64,000 bases of DNA from Chamaesiphon sp. Lineage in GTDB: Bacteria > Cyanobacteriota > Cyanobacteriia > Cyanobacteriales > Chamaesiphonaceae. The notes under the pieces are model-generated. The model worked only from the letters and a program-made list of their open reading frames with translations, was not told the DNA's origin and did no database searches. Positions 61,153 through 64,000 of the stretch are shown here, in pieces. The translations under genes were made by a program, and so were the position numbers. The stretch covers positions 1 through 64,000 of the forward strand of contig CBDFFH010000044.1 in assembly GCA_965246715.1 (NCBI GenBank), in the 5' to 3' direction. Within the stretch, counting starts at the first letter, position 1. Each line of letters begins with the position of its first letter.

Positions 61153-62129
61153 CGATTATTTTATATTGGGGTGATGATGATTTTGCGATCGCCAAAGCTG
61201 TGACAGCAATTCAACAATCATCGCTCGATCCGGCTTGGGCGAGTTTTAACTATGAAAAGATCGCTCCAGAGCGGGATGATGCTGTCATTACGGCATTAAA
61301 TCAGGCGATGACACCCCCATTCGGAATGGGGAAAAGATTGGTATGGCTGGCAGATACGACCGTGATGCAAAGCTGTCCGGAGGAGTTGCTGGCCGAGTTG
61401 GAGCGGACATTACCGCAGATTCCCGCGACTACCATGCTCTTGCTCACGAGTAAAACTAAACCTGATGGCCGCTTGAAATCGACGAAGACGATTCAAAAAT
61501 ATGCCAACGTCCAAGAATTTAGCCTCATTCCACCTTGGAAGACTGAAGAATTGAGCCAGCGGGTACAGATTGTTGCGAAAGAATTGGGGCTAAAATTAAC
61601 TAAAGATGCCGTTCAACTGCTGACCGAATCAGTTGGGAATAATACTCGGCAACTATATCTAGAACTAGAAAAACTAGATCTACTTGCTGGGGGACAAGGG
61701 CAAGAGATCGATCGACTGATGGTGGCAAGTCTTGTTATTGCCAATACTCAAAATAGTCTCCAACTAGCTGCGGCGATTCGTGAGGGGGATGTCGGTAAGG
61801 CTTTGCAGACGATCGAAGAATTAATAAACCATAACGAACCAGCACTAAAGATCGTGGCTACGCTCGTGGGTCAGTTTCGGACGTGGCTATGGGTGAAAAT
61901 GTTACTCGAAGCTGGCGAAAAAGACGAAAAGGTCATTGCCACCGCCGCCGGACTCAGCAATCCCAAACGCCTGTTTTTTATCAAACAAGAGCTACACGGT
62001 ACTACCGCCGATCGACTGGCGGCAACGCTACCCAGATTACTCGATTTGGAATATAGCCTCAAGCGTGGTGGCGAGACTATCTCTACGCTGCAAATCCATG
62101 CGATCGAATTGTGTCAGATATTTAAATAG
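61149..62129 (+). CDS. holA: DNA polymerase III delta subunit
   Basis: YWGDDDF, TPPFG...LV, KPDGRLKSTK, ELEKL. Confidence 0.92.
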   Translation: MTIILYWGDDDFAIAKAVTAIQQSSLDPAWASFNYEKIAPERDDAVITALNQAMTPPFGMGKRLVWLADTTVMQSCPEELLAELERTLPQIPATTMLLLTSKTKPDGRLKSTKTIQKYANVQEFSLIPPWKTEELSQRVQIVAKELGLKLTKDAVQLLTESVGNNTRQLYLELEKLDLLAGGQGQEIDRLMVASLVIANTQNSLQLAAAIREGDVGKALQTIEELINHNEPALKIVATLVGQFRTWLWVKMLLEAGEKDEKVIATAAGLSNPKRLFFIKQELHGTTADRLAATLPRLLDLEYSLKRGGETISTLQIHAIELCQIFK

Positions 62130-62185
62130 GCTCAAACATTGGAATTGCCAGGTAGTTGACAAATACTACTCTGGCAATTTAAACC

Positions 62186-62563
62186 TTATAATAATCTCCA
62201 AATAAAGGGATAACGGTAAGATTCATCGGGATTATTTAAAGTCGCTAAAACTCCAAAAATTGGCGGTACCCAGTGAAAAATAGAGAATATTCCGAGGACA
62301 ACAAAAGCTAATGGAGAGAGGATGAACGTAGCAAAAAAGAACGAACTCAATCCAGCCGTAATTGCTCCATACAGCCAAATATTAAAGTGATAATTGAGCG
62401 TTTCCTTGGCAGTCGCTTTAATCACTGGATCGTCAAAAAGTAGCAGTATAATAAATGGAATTGCGGAAGGGAAAACCAGGAAACCTAAAAAAATCGAACC
62501 GTGGCACAACAAAGAAAATAGTTTCCGTTTGCCACTATTACTACGATCGCCAGAATCAACCAT
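62186..62563 (-). CDS. DUF4870 family membrane protein
   Basis: SLLCHGSIF, AKETLNYH, YRYPFIWRLL. Confidence 0.85.
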   Translation of the reverse strand: MVDSGDRSNSGKRKLFSLLCHGSIFLGFLVFPSAIPFIILLLFDDPVIKATAKETLNYHFNIWLYGAITAGLSSFFFATFILSPLAFVVLGIFSIFHWVPPIFGVLATLNNPDESYRYPFIWRLL

Positions 62564-62750
62564 TTCAAATCCTCTTTTAATCTAGAATAAAATCTATTTG
62601 TAATAACTCTAGCATAGCTTACAGCTCGATCGTAGTACGTTTTTCCTGGGTGGAAATCCGCAACCTGGCGAACACGAAACATTCTCGCCGATCGAACTTC
62701 TATACAATTAGAGCTAGTCAACCTTCAGATCTCTTCACACGCATCTCGAC

Positions 62751-63539
62751 ATGGCACCCAAATCTGGTGGCAACTCCCATCCTTATGGATTTAGACGATT
62801 TGGCTTCACTTGCTTGTTAATCGGTCAAATTTGGCTGCATCTGATCCAAGGCAAGACTTACTGGCGCAAAATCCCCGAACATCTCTTCAAAACTGGCCCA
62901 GCATCGATGCTCCCAGTGTTATTGGTCAATTTGTTGGCCGGGATGATTTTTACGATCCAGACAGCCAGACAGCTAGATAAATATGGGGCGCTGAATTCTG
63001 TCGGCGGCGCGTTTGCGATCGCGTTTTGTCAGGAACTAGCACCGATTTTGACCTCCAGTGTGATTGCTGGACAAGTCGGTTCGGCCTTTGCCGCAGAAAT
63101 TGGGGCGATGAAAGTTAGCGAACAAATCGACGCACTATATACGCTCAGAACCGATCCGATCGATTATTTGGTGCTACCGCGAGTATTGGCTTGTAGTGGG
63201 ATGATGCCGATTTTGATTATTTTAGGATTGGTCTGCGGGATTCTCGGTGGCACATTTGCCGCGTATGAGTTCTACAAGATCTTACCAGAGCAATTTTTAG
63301 AATCAGTGCGCACATTTTTGGAACCTGCCGACTTGATCGTGCTGTGGCTCAAAGGCTTGGTTTTTGGTGGTGCGATCGGTACGGTTGGCTGTGGGTGGGG
63401 GATGACGACAAAAGGTGGTGTCAAACAGGTGGGAGAATCGGCGACTGCGGCAGTGGTGATCTCTGGAGTGCTGATTCTGGTTGCCGATCTGTTGCTATCG
63501 GTAGTATTTGGAGCGTCGCCCACGGGGAAAAGCAACTAA
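62751..63539 (+). CDS. MlaE family lipid-asymmetry ABC permease
   Basis: ELAPILT, AGQVGSAFAAEIGAMKVSEQIDAL, LVLPRVLA. Confidence 0.92.
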   Translation: MAPKSGGNSHPYGFRRFGFTCLLIGQIWLHLIQGKTYWRKIPEHLFKTGPASMLPVLLVNLLAGMIFTIQTARQLDKYGALNSVGGAFAIAFCQELAPILTSSVIAGQVGSAFAAEIGAMKVSEQIDALYTLRTDPIDYLVLPRVLACSGMMPILIILGLVCGILGGTFAAYEFYKILPEQFLESVRTFLEPADLIVLWLKGLVFGGAIGTVGCGWGMTTKGGVKQVGESATAAVVISGVLILVADLLLSVVFGASPTGKSN

Positions 63540-63728
63540 TCTTAGATCCATCTAACCCACATTCCGCACTTCAGAACAGTCAGCGGTTGAAACCGCTACT
63601 CGTGTTGCGAAACCCGCCTTCGCGGGTTGATAATTAGAGAGTTGTAGGTTGGGCAGAGCAAAGCGAAGTCAGTCAATGCTGAAAACCAGATATAATCAAA
63701 GACTGAGCCAGCCAACCTAACTGCCCCC

Positions 63729-64000
63729 ATGTCCACCGAACTCCAAACCGAACTCGAAATTGCCGTCGAACATCGTCGGAATTTTGCGATTATCTCTCAC
63801 CCCGATGCAGGGAAAACGACCCTGACCGAGAAACTGTTGCTGTACGGAGGCGCGATTCACGAAGCAGGTGCAGTCAAAGCGAGACGAGATCAGCGTAAGG
63901 CGACTTCTGACTGGATGGAGATGGAAAAACAGCGGGGGATTTCGATCACCTCGACGGTGTTGCAGTTTGCGTATCAGGGTTTTCAAGTGAATTTGCTGGA
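63729..64000 (+). CDS. prfC: Peptide chain release factor 3, N-terminal part (runs off window end)
   Basis: Hand translation [32 protein letters not shown]...[16 protein letters not shown]. Confidence 0.95.
   Translation, partial: MSTELQTELEIAVEHRRNFAIISHPDAGKTTLTEKLLLYGGAIHEAGAVKARRDQRKATSDWMEMEKQRGISITSTVLQFAYQGFQVNLL

Overview
Cyanobacterial chromosomal window. It is very rich in CGATCG (HIP1 GCGATCGC and TCGATCGA), consistent with a Chamaesiphon-like genome, although the taxon is only an inference. Housekeeping genes include pepP, mnmG, iscA-like, trxA, aspA, ruvA, mltG, yqeG, proB, a ferredoxin, tRNA-Ser(GGA), holA, mlaE and partial prfC. Four accessory features stand out. (1) A 13-kb minus-strand cluster (11.3-24.4 kb) encodes a sigma-70-like HTH protein, a DUF1822 protein, a CHAT(caspase-like)-CHASE2 membrane protease with a 1-nt frameshift, a PDZ-less trypsin protease, three secreted COP23 proteins, a giant double-trypsin+TPR protein and a small Cys-rich secreted protein. 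Three of the secreted-protein genes share an upstream GCATT-N13-TGCCC motif, suggesting a protease-gated alternative-sigma regulon; this is the best candidate novel system. (2) Two paralogous ~150-nt structured sRNA candidates lie at 8.55-8.75 and 9.66-9.86 kb. (3) An arsenic cluster (arsR, pstS, acr3, two CX5R phosphatases, gap, arsJ) carries ArsR boxes. It is interrupted by an IS982 composite transposon carrying a JAB peptidase, and arsJ is broken by nested ISAzo13/ISAs1 insertions. (4) There are many MITEs, short dispersed repeats and gene remnants. No CRISPR array or rRNA was seen. All family assignments are by motif recognition, not database search.
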